This document shows positions 1 through 14,923 of a stretch of 64,000 nt of DNA, one piece after another. Positions within the stretch are counted from its first letter, which is position 1; every line of letters begins with the position of its first letter. Location: the NCBI GenBank assembly GCA_010093815.1, contig ML996569.1. The stretch is one strand, 5' to 3'. The notes under the pieces are model-generated. The model saw only the letters and a list, made by a program, of their open reading frames with translations. It did no database searches and was not told where the DNA came from. The translations under genes were made by a program, and so were the position numbers. The stretch is from Pseudovirgaria hyperparasitica (Eukaryota).

Positions 1-1
1 T

Positions 2-1093
<1,092 letters not shown>

Positions 1094-3667
1094 ATGATAC
1101 CGCATTCTTTTCAAGTTTGAGCATTTGAGATGCGCGGAAAAGAAAAACGACGTGATGAATGGGCATTTGGAGATACTAGACGGAACGTGTCACGGACACC
1201 TGGGAAACAGATGATGTGTACAGCGAATTTAGATAGATTCCTGTTTGAGCGTTTGTACGCCCTTTGGGAAGCTTGCTCACAGATACAGCGTAGAGCTAAT
1301 TACAGCCTCTTTAGATGTGCTAGAACGAACCATCTGTCAAGTAAAATAATCAAAAGCTGTGAACGGAAACGGGAATGGATGGATGACATTCAAACATAGC
1401 TCTTCCGACAGTCCTCGTAGCCATCTACTGTGAATGCAACTCAATCTATTGCCCGTCTTACTAACGATACCACATCGTCTCTTTTCGGCCAATTCCTGGC
1501 ATATATCTGCTAGTGCTAATGGATTGCCCGGGCGCCACCTGCAGGGTGCGACTACCCTACCACCGCTGGCGGCTGGCCCTGACAGTGTGGCCCTGGCTTG
1601 CCGGCATACCCTGGCGCATGTAATGTAATATATTTTGGATATTATTCCATCTCACCATGCTAAAAACCTGCATCGGATCCACATTATATTTCTTCTCTTT
1701 TCATTATCTATTCTCCACCCCTGTGCCGCTATCGTCGCCAGCCAGTCTAGATTCCGGCTGGCTTTCCTGGCTTTTACAGTATACACTTTTTACTGTACCC
1801 ATTTACTTACTTATTACTGTCCGCAGTACCATGGAAGGTAGTGTTGATTGGCGTTGATATGGATGGATGCCCGATATGTTACAAGGTGGCGCGCTTCCAC
1901 TTTCCTGTCTTACTCTTGTTCCTCGTCTCAGCCCTAGGTTCAGCCGTAAAACGTACCTAAGTATATCTCCCCTTTTCGATGCGTAAGCGGGGAATGGGCT
2001 TTGTCGGTGTTCCGTTCTCTGCTTGCTACGGACTGCTACTTATATAGCTTGCTCCTGTGGCTTAGTGAAAGATACATTCTTAATTGCTTGTTTTCTGTTA
2101 GAGTCGCGACTCGAGACCGATTCTGTTCAAGCATCTTCTCTCATCTCATCCGAACGACTAGGCGCTTGAATTCATTTTCGAGGACAAGTTAGGCGTGAAG
2201 CCTTGCTCACGATAGCTTTCGAAACATGTGTTGACACCGGTACCGTGGGTTACTTTAAATGGCTCACCTGAACTTTGCACATTTGGAATTTCGGTGGCTA
2301 GACATCCATGTTGAGCTCTCGGGATCACGATATACATGTGTTGGATTGTAGTATAGACGACACCAAAGTCGTCGAACCGTTTTGGAATTCTATGACTCCT
2401 ACTACAGAGCAGGTAAGAGCAACATGGTAACAAATACACGCGCTCTACTCCAGCGGCCTGCAAGCTCAACTTTCGTATAGTATCGACACAAGCATGAAAT
2501 GCAAGTGTAGTCTGTGATAGGCTAATAGTGTTATTGGAGGCAATTTCTAGTGTAATTCAAGTTTCTCCGTTTATTAGGCTTCTTATTACACGCGATTGTC
2601 ATTGAACCATCCCACGACACCGAAAATTTGTATGCCCCAAACAGCCAACACCCAATTGTTGAACGGAATCAGTTCCGGTTAGAAGCGTGATAGGCCATTG
2701 GCTGACGTGGATATCGGATATCCTACCTGTATAAAATGTGGAAGAGACCATGAATAGGACGATATCAGAATATATTCAAGTAATGTTAAACAGTCTTATT
2801 GAACTACTCTGATCATCTTTCATATATCAGAACAATGTCTATATGCAGGACCAACACCTCTGCTCCTTCGCTCCAAGGAATGACTGATATCATCCATATC
2901 GTGACTATGCTGACTAGGATAAATTCCGAGACTAGCGTCAGACGTGAACGGTTGATAGCTTGGTAGGGCGGGCCTTTGAGGCTGGAACTGAAAGCTTAGC
3001 GTTCGACCCAATGAGCTGGTGAAGACTTCCAGGGTATTCCTGTATCTAAAGAGAAGTAATAATCCTATCACGTTGCTGTTATATTGCATGTTCTATTGCC
3101 GCATGCCCATGAATGATGGCCGTGAGGAAACTGCATCAGGACAGTATCACAAACAACGCCATTGCTATCGGAGAAATACGCGAACCGAACAACAAGAATC
3201 GGCTCTTTGAGGTGAAGAACAAGAACAGGACGTTGGGAGGTGCTAACGACGGCATCCTAGCCCTGCTGGTACCAAATGAATGGAACATAATGAACAAAGT
3301 TCTGTCAGCATATGGCATATATGCAGTGGCGTCCGGGAGGCAGGGAGATCATTGTTGATCCGGCGCGTCACCCGTTGTTGGTTTCGGAAAGGCGCGTGTG
3401 TGGGCAACAGTTGAAGACGCGTTTTGGCATGAAAGTGCTGGGAAGGGTGGGCCAACAACGCTACTCAGCCGTCCGAGGGTCTGTGTGTGGCCCGCCTCTT
3501 TCTGGGCCACCTCTCATCTCTCCCCTTCGTGTATACATACGTCGTTGTTCGAATTGATTGGGCTTTCCTATCTATGCTGCTCCTGTTCACTCTGCCCCGT
3601 TCTGCCCGCTGCTTGGTGTGCTCGTCGCTGTTCACCTGGTGAAACAGCAAGCAAGGGAGAGCTACAA

Positions 3668-6600
3668 ATGCCCGCAACTGCGAATTCGTCGCCGGAACCC
3701 AGATTACCTTTAGCTGCAGCTGCAGCGTCACCGCCTACGTCGTTGGATGCCAGCAGCCAAGCGCAGCCCCAACACCGTGGCCGCCTCGACGAGCACCTTC
3801 ATCTCGATACACTTCCACTCAACACCCTCAAGCCTCTACCGACTCCTTCTCCGGTCGCTTCGCCCCTTTCCGATCGCCCTGGTTCGCGAGATTCAACCTC
3901 TGAGCGCAGTCGTACCCTGCGAAGGCCATCGCCGGGCTTGTTGGCGCGCATGAAATTGCTCGACAGCGCGAACAAAGCCCGTGTAGTGTCAAGTCCTGTA
4001 AACGGCCAGGACAAAATCGGCCGCATCCCGGCAAGCCAGATTCGTGAACTTGACAGTTTCCATCGCGAGCGAGCTATCCTCGTGGAGCGAAGAGGAAGAG
4101 AGTGGACCGGTCCCGGCACGCCTCCTGCGCTGTTGCCTGAGGAGTCTGAAACAAGCGTCCGATCCAGGGACAGCACGAGTGCGCTGGATACTATGGAACC
4201 TGCGGAGCCTGCGTCCATCGACAGCGAACAGTCTTCTATCATCAGCACTAGCGACCATGCTGTGCCGTCTGACTCAGAGAGCGAACGCGTTGTAGACAAT
4301 CAGAAATACCGACTGCCTGAATTGGAGAAGGTACAGAGTCCTGGGACATCAGACGGTTACTTTGGTACGGCGACAATATATGGCTCGGGTACACGCTCGC
4401 GACCAGGTACAGCTGGAGCTCAAGATGGATATGGCACTGCTACAATAATCTCAAATGAGCCTTCTCGTGGCCCAACCCCTCCGCCGAAGGACTCACCTCT
4501 TGTGCCGGAGTCACCTGCAATTCCATGGCGCGCACTTGCGGATGGAGGCAGCGATCTTCAAAATTATTGCAACAGACCGACGCGTGCCAACTCCATATAT
4601 TCTTTGTCACGCGTTTCCTTCACCAACCAGATTCTACAGCTCACCTCCATCAACCTCCCGAATTCGGACTCGCTCGCAGCCAGCATAAGAGGACTTTCCA
4701 CTTCGACTGCAGCGGGACGTGCTCTAGGAGAAGCTGCTAATCAGATACAGCAATGGATCAAGAAAGGTGCTGAAGTTTTGAACGGACTCGACGCTGAGGA
4801 CGATGTCGAATGGGCCGCTGCAGCTGGTCGAGAGGGCCTCGAAGAGGTCGATGCAGCGATCACTCGATTCGAAGGCCTAGTAGAAGTCTATATTGGCGCT
4901 ATTGAAGAGCTACAAGCACGTGAAGATATAATGGCTATTCCCGCGAATGATCTGAAGTTCCTCGTCGGTCAGATGGAGGACATTATATCGAAATGGACGA
5001 AGATCAAGAAAACACTCAAAGGGATCAAGGAGCAAGTGGAGATTGCATTGGAGTGGGAAGAACTTTGGAATGTTGTACTTGGGGAGATTGGTATGGAAAT
5101 TGATGCTCTTAACAGACTTGTATTCGAGATGGAAGAAAGGAGATATCGTCTCGCTGGAGCGCAAGGCGATGCAAGTGAATTGCTGGAGCTCCAAGAATTG
5201 GAAACCATTGTGGAAGAAGCTCCTCGGAACAACAAGAAAGCCGTTGCCAGTAATCGCTTCAGCTTTACCCCCGCCTTTGGTTCAAACTCGCCACTACTAT
5301 CACCAACGCTGGAGACCAAACATGAGGACTCAAATTTACTTGCTCTGTTTGCCCGCATGCAGCCACTCCGAGCTTCGTTAGACTTTTTGCCGATGAGACT
5401 CCAGCACTTCAGTCTACGCGCCAGTCCAAATTTTCCCACAGCTTGCGGTGAGCTGGACGACAGGAAAACCACCCTCGAAGGGCAATGGAAGAAACTCGAG
5501 GCTGATGCTGAAGCATTACGGAGAGAGCTTGGTGAGGATCGATGGATACACTTGTTCCGTAATGCTGGAAACAAGGCCCTTACTATGTGGCAATCTCTGT
5601 CAAGAAGTATACGCAAACTGCGAAAAGCATTTGAGGACAATGCAGATCCAGAGTACATCGCCTTGAAACTACGCTCATATGAGGAAAAGAAGCCACACTA
5701 CCCGCCAGCCATCGAGAGAGTCTTGACCGTCATTGAAAGAGGTATCAAAGACAGGCTCACAATAAACGGCGAGATCTTAAGACTTCAGACCGATGTGCGA
5801 CAGAAATTGACGGAGCTCTCCGAAGAGGTCAAAGACATGGATGCATTTTTAGAAGATTCTCAACTTCACAAGAGCCAGCAATTACGCGACTCCATTTCTA
5901 CCATTCTTTCAACTGAACAGTCATTCGCTAGCAGTGCTCTGGATACTCCTGGAACTTCGTCTGCCTCGTCTGTCATCCTGAGCCGGAAAAACAGCGACCA
6001 TTCTCCATATGGTCGTAAATCGCGACAAACAAGTTTTGCAAGTAGCAGTTCACGAGCCGACTCCAACCCAGCAGCAGTCAAACGACGAAGCGGATTGCCA
6101 ACACCAAGTCCCAGCCAAGTGCCACGCAAAACGCCCGTATCAAGATCAAGTGCTGTGGAATCGCGCTCGGTCTCCTCGCCAACACCTGGTACTCGTATGA
6201 GCTCATCAACACCTACACAAGGCCGGCGAACCTCCATACAGCCATCGTCACAATCACCTTCAAACAAACCTCGCTGGAGCTCGTCGTCTAATCTAAACGG
6301 CACAAAGATAGGCCACAACTTCAAGCCATTGGCTGTTGACACACCTGCCCGCAGTAGTACACCTACCATTCGTACCCCAAATAGCTTGCGATCAGTTGCG
6401 TCTCATTCATCTCTGCCAATGCGAAGCCCGTTATCGCGCTCATTAGCATCTCCACCTCCATCAGCAGGCGCAAGGTCAGCTTCCACAACTCCGGGCCAAC
6501 AACCGTCTAGCTCTCGCCGAACGAGCGCAATCGCTGCGAGTCCCATGACTCCCATGCGCCGGCCCGGCTCTGCGCTTCGAGGCACACTATCAGCTTCGTC

Positions 6601-6853
6601 TTCCAAGAACTCGACAAACCTCAGTGGTCGTAAGAGCAGCCTGCTTACACCCGATGACAGCGTCCGCGAGGAATATGACGAGGAGGATGAAGTCAGTCCG
6701 ACATTACGCACGGCGAAAACCAATGGTCGAATGAGCTCCCTGAACAAACGCCAGAGTCTCCTCCCGCAATCTGTGACTCAGCGGTCGGTGAGTGGACCGG
6801 TTAGCGGACGGACGTCGAAGCTGGAAGACAGACCTAGGTGGAGGGGTGCATGA
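3668..6853 (+). CDS. KAR9-domain cortical/karyogamy protein
   Basis: Single long ORF with first ATG at 3668. Central helical domain (LEWEELW, LLALFARMQPLRASLDFLPMRL, LRRELGEDRW) and basic Ser/Pro-rich tail match filamentous-fungal KAR9-family proteins. Confidence 0.8.
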   Translation: MPATANSSPEPRLPLAAAAASPPTSLDASSQAQPQHRGRLDEHLHLDTLPLNTLKPLPTPSPVASPLSDRPGSRDSTSERSRTLRRPSPGLLARMKLLDSANKARVVSSPVNGQDKIGRIPASQIRELDSFHRERAILVERRGREWTGPGTPPALLPEESETSVRSRDSTSALDTMEPAEPASIDSEQSSIISTSDHAVPSDSESERVVDNQKYRLPELEKVQSPGTSDGYFGTATIYGSGTRSRPGTAGAQDGYGTATIISNEPSRGPTPPPKDSPLVPESPAIPWRALADGGSDLQNYCNRPTRANSIYSLSRVSFTNQILQLTSINLPNSDSLAASIRGLSTSTAAGRALGEAANQIQQWIKKGAEVLNGLDAEDDVEWAAAAGREGLEEVDAAITRFEGLVEVYIGAIEELQAREDIMAIPANDLKFLVGQMEDIISKWTKIKKTLKGIKEQVEIALEWEELWNVVLGEIGMEIDALNRLVFEMEERRYRLAGAQGDASELLELQELETIVEEAPRNNKKAVASNRFSFTPAFGSNSPLLSPTLETKHEDSNLLALFARMQPLRASLDFLPMRLQHFSLRASPNFPTACGELDDRKTTLEGQWKKLEADAEALRRELGEDRWIHLFRNAGNKALTMWQSLSRSIRKLRKAFEDNADPEYIALKLRSYEEKKPHYPPAIERVLTVIERGIKDRLTINGEILRLQTDVRQKLTELSEEVKDMDAFLEDSQLHKSQQLRDSISTILSTEQSFASSALDTPGTSSASSVILSRKNSDHSPYGRKSRQTSFASSSSRADSNPAAVKRRSGLPTPSPSQVPRKTPVSRSSAVESRSVSSPTPGTRMSSSTPTQGRRTSIQPSSQSPSNKPRWSSSSNLNGTKIGHNFKPLAVDTPARSSTPTIRTPNSLRSVASHSSLPMRSPLSRSLASPPPSAGARSASTTPGQQPSSSRRTSAIAASPMTPMRRPGSALRGTLSASSSKNSTNLSGRKSSLLTPDDSVREEYDEEDEVSPTLRTAKTNGRMSSLNKRQSLLPQSVTQRSVSGPVSGRTSKLEDRPRWRGA

Positions 6854-7485
6854 CAATGAAGTGGCGGGTACAGTGTCGTGCCATGACGATGGGCATTTGG
6901 ACCAAAACAACCTTATTTCAACGCCAAACCTGCCTCATTCTTAGCGCTATAGACAGCGCATCTCCTTATATTTTCACATCTTGCCAACCTAGGCCGTTCA
7001 CGTTATGTTTTGAGCGTTCACATGTCTGCTGCATTATATCCCTACAAGAAAGATACCTGGTACCACACCGGCGCTATGAATGGCGCACTTACTCTATTAG
7101 AAACATATTGAGAGGCAAGATCTGTATGGCGATGCAGAGAGAATTACGAGCAAAGATGTTGGCTTGGAATATGCTATGAAAAGCACATGAGATTTGCGCT
7201 GTGTATATTATATTACTGTTGAGACTGTCGGGCGTTGGATACGCCGATTTCGAAATCTTGACTATAAGGGTATCAATAGTGATATCATTTTAGATATCTT
7301 CATACCAATCGACTTCTTCGGGCAGTCATCAATACTGAACATTACTGCCTTGTTGCCTGATATATGCTGATCTACCAGTCCGTTCTCATTGGCCCGCTCG
7401 TAAGGCTAGCAATGGGGAAAGCTACACTTCAACCTCACAGCATCATCGTCGCTGTTGACATCGCTGTCCCAACTCACACATCGCG

Positions 7486-8655
7486 ATGGCCTCGTTATTC
7501 ACGCCAATGCTCACACGAGGTGCTCCTCGAGCCATTACCAGGGTCCAGAGAGCTCAATGGCGAACTATCAGCGCCAGCACGAGGATGCAAAGCGACACAC
7601 TCCAAGTGGTATGTATTCTCGCACGACTCTCTCTGGACTCGTGCACCGTAGACCTGGGGACGAGACTATATAGCACTCCAAACGGCTATGGGAATGCCAC
7701 GGGCTTCTTAATGCGCCCCTGCTATCTCCCTCTCAGGTGCAATCTAAACTAACATATCCCAGCATCGCCATACGCCTCAAAATAACCCAAGCATCCCCTT
7801 CAAGTTTTCACCGACGAACGAAAAGCTCATCGAGGAGATCCTCGCTCGCTATCCCTCGCAATACAAGAAGGCTGCCGTGATGCCCTTGCTTGATCTCGGG
7901 CAGCGCCAACATGGTTTCACAAGTATCAGTGTGATGCACGAGGTTGCGCGATTGCTAGAAATGCCGCCCATGCGCGTGTACGAGGTTGCAACGTTCTATA
8001 CGATGTATAACAGAGATCCTGTGGGACGGTTCCATGTGCAGTGCTGCACGACGGTATGTCTCCCAAGCTTGCCATTGACTACTTCAATACAGTGGAAAAT
8101 TCATAAAGATTAATTTCACACCTAATCCCAAAGATACTTGGGCTAACAAGAATCACATATTAGACCCCGTGTATGCTCCGCGACTCCGACGCCGTCATGA
8201 AAGCCATATCCGATGAACTTGGCATTCACCACGGCCACACTACGGAGGATGGCCTCTTCACATTCACAGAGGTCGAATGCTTGGGCGCCTGCGCAAACGC
8301 CCCTATGATCCAGATCAACGACGATTTCTACGAAGATCTGACCTACGAGACAACGCGTGATCTGCTAAAAGCTCTACGGGCCGCCGCACAACAAACAGGT
8401 GCAGACGGCGGTGCCGTAGGACTCGTGGGCGAGAAAGGCACAGGGGCCATCACGGGCATCGATCCCAGGGTTCAAGCCGGAAATGAAATCGACACGCAGG
8501 GCAGGAAGTATGCGGCCGGTGGCGTGACAGTGCCGACGCCGGGGCCCTTGAGCGGACGGATGACGTGTGAGAATTCGCAAGGAATCACGAGCCTGACGGA
8601 TGTGCCAGAATGGAAGGAGGGTGATCCTCGTTTCCGCACGGATGGTGCTCTGTAA
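7486..8655 (+). CDS. nuo-24: NADH:ubiquinone oxidoreductase 24 kDa subunit (NDUFV2/NuoE family), 3 exons
   Basis: Exons 7486-7608, 7763-8053 and 8164-8655 with GTATGT..AG introns. Mitochondrial-type presequence; [2Fe-2S] motifs CTTTPC and [17 protein letters not shown]. Confidence 0.95.
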
Positions 8656-9399
8656 GAGATGACAAGCGGGCAGAATTGGGGATATTGGTGTACATATAGT
8701 GCTTCTTATGTCGCGTCTAGGTCCTTTTTGCGGGGTCCACGTAGGACGTCAATGCATGTTCAAATTCTAAAAAAAAAAGGACTTTATTTCGTCGTCTTCA
8801 ATCGCACTATTCGACTGAGCTTGATAGAGTGAAAAGGTCGACGGTGCGAGCCTCTTGATGGCAAGATACCACCAGTGTCATTCTCAATGGACAAGTACGC
8901 ACTCATGCATGAGAAACTTGAAAAGGCATCCAACAATCAAAGGGATACGCATTGATTGTCCCGAGGATGATGAGAATGGGTGAGTGGTGGTCAATGGACT
9001 GTTGAGCATCGCAGTACTGTGACAGCGTCCAGCGGCTCTGCTTTCCCTACTACTTATTCTTCTTCTTGGGGCATACATAACTATACATGGGTGTGTGTGT
9101 ATTTGCTCCTTCTGTTGGTGTCTTGAATTTTTTTCTCTTCAACCCCATGCATGCACACAGTAGGAGACTGAAAAATACATACCGTATATAAGCACGAAAA
9201 CCTGTACTGATCGAATCCTCCTCCGCTTTTTGCTTACTTATGATGTATACGTATATATGAATAACAATGGATCATATATAGGATCTTCAGCGACACTGAT
9301 TCTTTTCCAGCGCTCTTCTATTGGATAATTACAATTCTTTTGTACAGCTTGTATCGATAGACGCAGAAGAACTTTTTCGTTCTGCTTATCAGCATTGGA

Positions 9400-10449
9400 G
9401 CACTCTCCTGTGGTTATATTTCCAGCAGCATTCCCAATCCTGACGCTAGATGACACGGTCTAAGCGCCGTAGTTGAGAGAGTCGGGTGTACGGCTATCAA
9501 ATGAGGTGATTATTGTGACTGTGATGGTCTAATGTATGGAGTACACTATGCCAAGGACGAGCAGGGTGATGAGGTGGAGGCATACTGCGCAAGTGAAGGC
9601 AAGAAACCAGAATATGAACCTGTGTTGACTATTGAATATGTTCACTGTTTGATAAGGAGTTCCGGCCTCCGACCTAGCTGTCTAAATAGGTCTCCGTCGA
9701 TAGGATGTCTACCAGAGAGTCCGATCTGGGAACGGATATGAGAATAATCTGGTTCAGGGGCACCAAGTACTCACAACTGAGCCTACTATGGGAGCGAATT
9801 CGCACACTGAGAGATACTCTGCTCGCTCCTCAGACCTGGTGATGTCACTAATCACGCCGGCGCCTTGGATTTCAACGAATTTTCACGAATGTGGCATCTC
9901 AGCTTTATCCAGTGCAGTAATACTTGCGCCGCCAAAAGACTGGATCGATCGTAGGAAAGACATCGACCAGAATGCCGATGTCGGTATGAGAGAAAGTCCG
10001 ATACTGTCGATCACGAGAATGGTGAGACAAACGATGAAGATGGGCCTACTTCAATATCGATCAGACAGCGGACCCTATACCATAGGAACTTCACAAGGTC
10101 CGCGTCAGACTCAAATGACACCTTGCTTCACTTGCAACTTACCCACGCCCTGCAAGACCAGACATACGGCGACACTCAGGATGAGTTGATCAATGGATCC
10201 GTCGAAATCCTTTACCAACTCAGGAATCGCCGAGTAGTAGATGTTGCCTGGGAATGGGCTTACGCAGATGGTCAGTTATATTTTTGATTTCAAAAAGGAT
10301 ATGCCATGTCTGAACAGCGCCGCGGCGGCCATGACCATGGCGATGGCGCATTTTTATTTCCTCGAATGCTTGTTAGTTGTCTCTTCGACGGGCTCAGGAA
10401 GCGTCTGTTGTGAAATCTGTAGGTCTATCGTAGGGCCGTTTGAAGACAT
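9400..10449 (-). pseudogene. Degenerate MFS drug:H+ antiporter (DHA1/QDR-like) pseudogene; 3' end approximate
   Basis: Manual minus-strand translation gives SPFPGNIYYSAIPEL, V*GPLSDRY*SRPIFI (MFS motif A with two stops), LRSIQSFGGASITAL and GAGVISDITRSEERAEY. It has in-frame stops and damaged splice donors. Confidence 0.8.
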
Positions 10450-11055
10450 AGCTCTAAGAAATGATTATTGGATTCATAGATCTGTATTGTCGATATATAG
10501 TAGACATAAGGCTTCGAATTGCAAGCTAAGCTCTAATCTCTTGCTGTCGAATAACAATCTTAGACTCACACTTGTGCGCTGTACATTGATGGTCCTTGTG
10601 GATGTTCGCGATGGCTGGACCCACTGGGCACGATCCATACACACAAGACCAGATACAGAACAACGCTTTAGCCAATGTCTGTTGTGTCTGTGTGACTCAC
10701 ACGTCTCTGATATCGGTGTGCGCGGAAGGTATCTATGGCGGTAACAACAGTCTACCGGATTTGGTCGGCGTCCGAGAATGTACAGCATATGGCTTATCAG
10801 GAGGCTTACCCCGGATCTGACCCTTGCCTCGGCCGCAGATACGCATACGACTACTTAGCTGGGCTGCTAGATGCAAGGCGATAAGTATGCACGTTGTGTA
10901 GCACCCTGGACCCGACCAATGCGCTGATATGAAATTTGATGGAATGATTGTAAGCGTTGCTGACTTCGTGCTTATAAGAAGACTAAGGTGACTTTTCGCG
11001 TGCTCTGAAATTCTTTCACTTTGCCCCACTTTGGTCTCAGCCCAACGCAGTCACC

Positions 11056-12690
11056 ATGGATCTTACGGATGACATTGAGAAGACTCAAATACACTCTGCT
11101 TCGGCCACTGAGCTCGCGTCTGGTGAAAAGAGCTCGGTCAGGAGCCCTTTTTGGCTGAAAGTCAAACATGACTTATTCGAAGTCCGTGGGATCCAGCCAG
11201 TTCCTGAGGACGAGCGCAACGATACACGTTATATAAATGTCTTTACCTTATGGCTGAGCATGTCGCTAAGTGTGCTTCCGTGAGTTATGTTGATATTAAT
11301 GATGCGGCTCGGAAAAACTGACTTATGCGCCAGACTTCCATTTGGAATCCTCGGCACAGCGACATATGGCTTGAGTCTCCGGGACGCGTCGCTGGTTATC
11401 ATCTTCTTCAGTCTGTTGACTGCTATTCCCGTCTCGTACTTCTCAACCTTGGGTCCGAAGCTGGGTCTTCGCCAGATGATTATATCGAGATACTCATGGG
11501 GGTATGTGCGTCACGAGAGAGCATACAGGGCTGTGCTGACCTATGCAGACGATATCTTGTCTCGGTACCTGTTGTGCTTAATCTTGCCACTTTGATTGGT
11601 TTCTGTATCATCACCGACGTCCTTGGGGGTGGCATCTTGTCCGCAGCTTCCGATGACAGCTCTATGAGCTGGAACGTAGGAATCGTCATTGTCGGCTTAT
11701 TGTCCCTTGTCATCTCCGTCTTTGGCTACAGAGTCCTACACTACTACGAGCGTTTTGCGTGGATTGCTGCTTTGATCTGTCTCATCATTACTGCTGGTAT
11801 TGGAGGGAAACACATGAGCATACAGACTGATGTCCCTCCTGCATCGGCGCAGGCCGTGCTGTCATTTGGAGGACTAATTGCTGGGTATTTCGTCCCCTGG
11901 GCTGCCTTGGGATCAGACTTCACCGTATACATGAGGCCGAATGCGCCGCCGTAAGTGACCTTCCAGAGATAACATTACCCTTGTTGATCATATTGCCAGG
12001 GTTCGCATTTTCATGTACACGTACGCAGGTCTGTTACTGCCGAGCATACCCATCTTCATCCTCGGAGCCGCAATTGGCGGCGCCGCGCCTAACAATAGCA
12101 CTTGGGCTGCAGCACAAGAAACCGGATCTATTGGACTCATACTAGCTGCAATACTCGACCCCGTGGGACGGTTTGGAAAGTTCCTATTAGTAGTCCTGGC
12201 TTTCAGTATCATCGCAAATCTCGCTGGGACCATGTACGCGATCGCACTAAACTTCCAGGCTTCCGTGCCGTGGCTCGCTCGGATTCCTCGATTCTATTTC
12301 AATATTGTGACCACGATATTGATGATCCCACTATCGGTAGAGGCTGCAAAGAAGTTCTTCGTTAATGTTGAAAACTTTGTTGGCGTCATTGGATTTTGGT
12401 CGTCGTCGTGGACTGCGACTGTGCTATGCGAGCACCTGTTGTTTCGCCAATCGAGACCAGAGAACTATCCACAAGCAAGTTGGAATGTTGCGAGTAAGCT
12501 ACCGTTGGGTCTTGCTGCTTTGCTCTCAAGCGCATTGTCCTTCGCTTTGATCATACCAGGCATGTCACAAGTATGGTTCGAAGGTCCCATCGGTAAAAAG
12601 ACTGGTGACATCGGCTTCGAACTCGCTTTCGTCGTAAGCTTTGTACTCTATGCCCCTTTCAGATATATGGAGCGGCGTTTCGGGCGATGA
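11056..12690 (+). CDS. NCS1-family purine-cytosine/pyridoxine permease (FCY2/TPN1-like), 4 exons
   Basis: EVRGIQPVPEDER, GPKLGLRQM, WAALGSDFTVY and GDIGFE motifs; multiple TM segments; introns 11280-11333, 11502-11548 and 11951-11999. Confidence 0.9.
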
Positions 12691-14923
12691 GCACCGATCA
12701 ACGAATGGCGTCGGTAGAGTTGCGCATCTACCGTTTGGTACGACCTGGTAATTTCATATCTCATTATCGTGGAAATGCATATCGCAGATCGTCATTAAAC
12801 AACTTTGGCTTTTGTATCTCAAAAGACGTAGAGAATCCGAACTACTACCTGCATGACGTTTTGTCATGGAACAATGTTGCACAGTTGGAGAAGCATTGTG
12901 TCAGTCCGGTAAGTCAAATGGAAGCCGTCAGTCCGATGCCCGCGGAGGTTGAACGATGACCATCGGGATCGTCTTGGTGTATCAGATTGTGCCGTTTCAG
13001 GGACACTCACTGAGGATAGATCTGTAACGGCTTTGCTTATAAGCAACAGACATCTGGTAGCCGAGCTCCTTTAAACGCAGTTGCCTCTGTGATGTATTGA
13101 TCTAAGGGTTAGCAGATGATGCAATGAAACAAAGGGCAGACCAGTGGAGCGGCAATGCATCTATGAGATAGATTCATCCAGTATCTTGAGACGATGGACC
13201 TGTCAACGCAAGATAATCGCGGGGAATTTGTCGAAGAGAAAGAAAGGACGTTGATGAGATGGGCCCACTCACGTGATGCCCGTCTCTATTTGGCTTAGCG
13301 CGTTTTGCGCGTTTCTGTTTACAGTGGAGACTCGGATGAAGCCTTTCACTCCATATCATCAATTTCAGCCTTCTTCGTCCTGGTCAGAACACTATGTATA
13401 TGCTAAGCCCAAACCTCCATGCTGTCGATTCTGGCTTATGACTATACAAATGAGGCTACATATCTGGTTGCTAGATGGACGCGCACCACGCGACGCGTCT
13501 CTAACCTTGAAGATAACAATAACGCGTCGTATCGATGAACAGATTCTGCCGAAGCCATGAGATGGCAAGTCCCGATCAATTGCTTCTAGATGAACAAGGG
13601 ACCCTCCTTTGGATCTCGACCGGAAATCAGCTGGTGTATCTGTGCGGAACGACCGGCCTCAGTTCGTCATTCGAATAGAATGAGATATAAGCGGAGTTTT
13701 TTTGCCCCCAAATTTGATAATATACTGTTTCAAAAAGATGTGTGCGGTAGTCTGCATCATCAAAGCTATATTTGCCCGTCAGCTCACTGACACGGCCTCG
13801 AATCTTAGGACAACATATCCATAGCCCCTTTAGCAACTCTTTTGGGCTCAAGACTCTCCGTTGTAGCGTCTCTCCACGGCGAATACCACTCTATACATGC
13901 GCTAATCATTTGCTTGGGGGCTGACTGAATATGACCTAGACCTTTACGCGGCATACGACAGGGCTCATCCCATCGACCATATGGCTTTTGATCTCTGTCG
14001 CGACATTGCGATGAGTGTAAAATGGCCAGAGCTCAGAGAGCCATCTTGCTCAGGTATTGCGAAAGCCTCTATGGCAGTTCTAACGCCGAAAAATTGAGTA
14101 TCAGCCATGGATTTTAGAGGTGCGCACGGCGCCGCTCTACAATTCCATCTACGTTGGACTGCAGCTTCCATTACTTACCATTGGCTTGTCGATATCTTTG
14201 ACAGTGATCAATGAGCCACTGGTGGCCTCATCCGGTAAACGCACCTGCCAACAATTTGCCCAATTCGTACTGAAGGCCGATGCCAACAACAAAGGACATA
14301 TCCATATTGCTGAGAGTATACAAGTCCAACTGAAGTAGTACCAACAGCAACACAATGATGGTATACTTGCTCTGAGAACAGCTTAAGTCATTCTTGTGCC
14401 GCTGTGGTATTATTCTGCCCTAGGTATGATGCATGAGCTGCAACCGCAAAGTTGCAATGCTTGGTTCGTAGACAGTAGCTTCTGAATTTAGCTTCTGAAT
14501 CTACCTTCTGAATTTATATTCTCACCAAGAACGTGGAATTTTTGGTAAGGATTCTCTTGAGTAGTTGTTGCAACGAAGGCTTCCTATGCAGTCGCTAACA
14601 TGAATAGTAGTGGTGACATAATCGCAATCGAACGGCTCATAACAAAGCTACGTGATTTTCTGATGTTTACGAACGTCTGACACTGAGGTTCCTGCATTAT
14701 TGTTGCCCTGTTGAGAAACGAGAGTCGTCCACTCGAGCCGTAACAGGCGCGATTGCTGTCTAAATGCCGGATAACTCTTCCGATTTGTTTGTTCCACCTG
14801 TCCCACGCTGAAGCCCCACCATCCATCAATGTCAGCAGAGGTGGAAAGGAACATCATCCACACCGGGTTTCCTTAACTCAGCCTAACATACAAGCCTGGT
14901 GTTCATGAGTTCATGGCTCAAAG

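Noticed and set aside
1100..3390. Short ORFs between glfA and the KAR9-like gene
   Set aside because: No homology cues or splice structure that I could support.
3398..3667. N-terminal extension of the 1151-aa ORF
   Set aside because: Starts at GTG and looks like UTR sequence; the first ATG is at 3668.
12700..14900. Short ORFs upstream of the P450
   Set aside because: Fragments are hydrophobic in places, but no family could be assigned.
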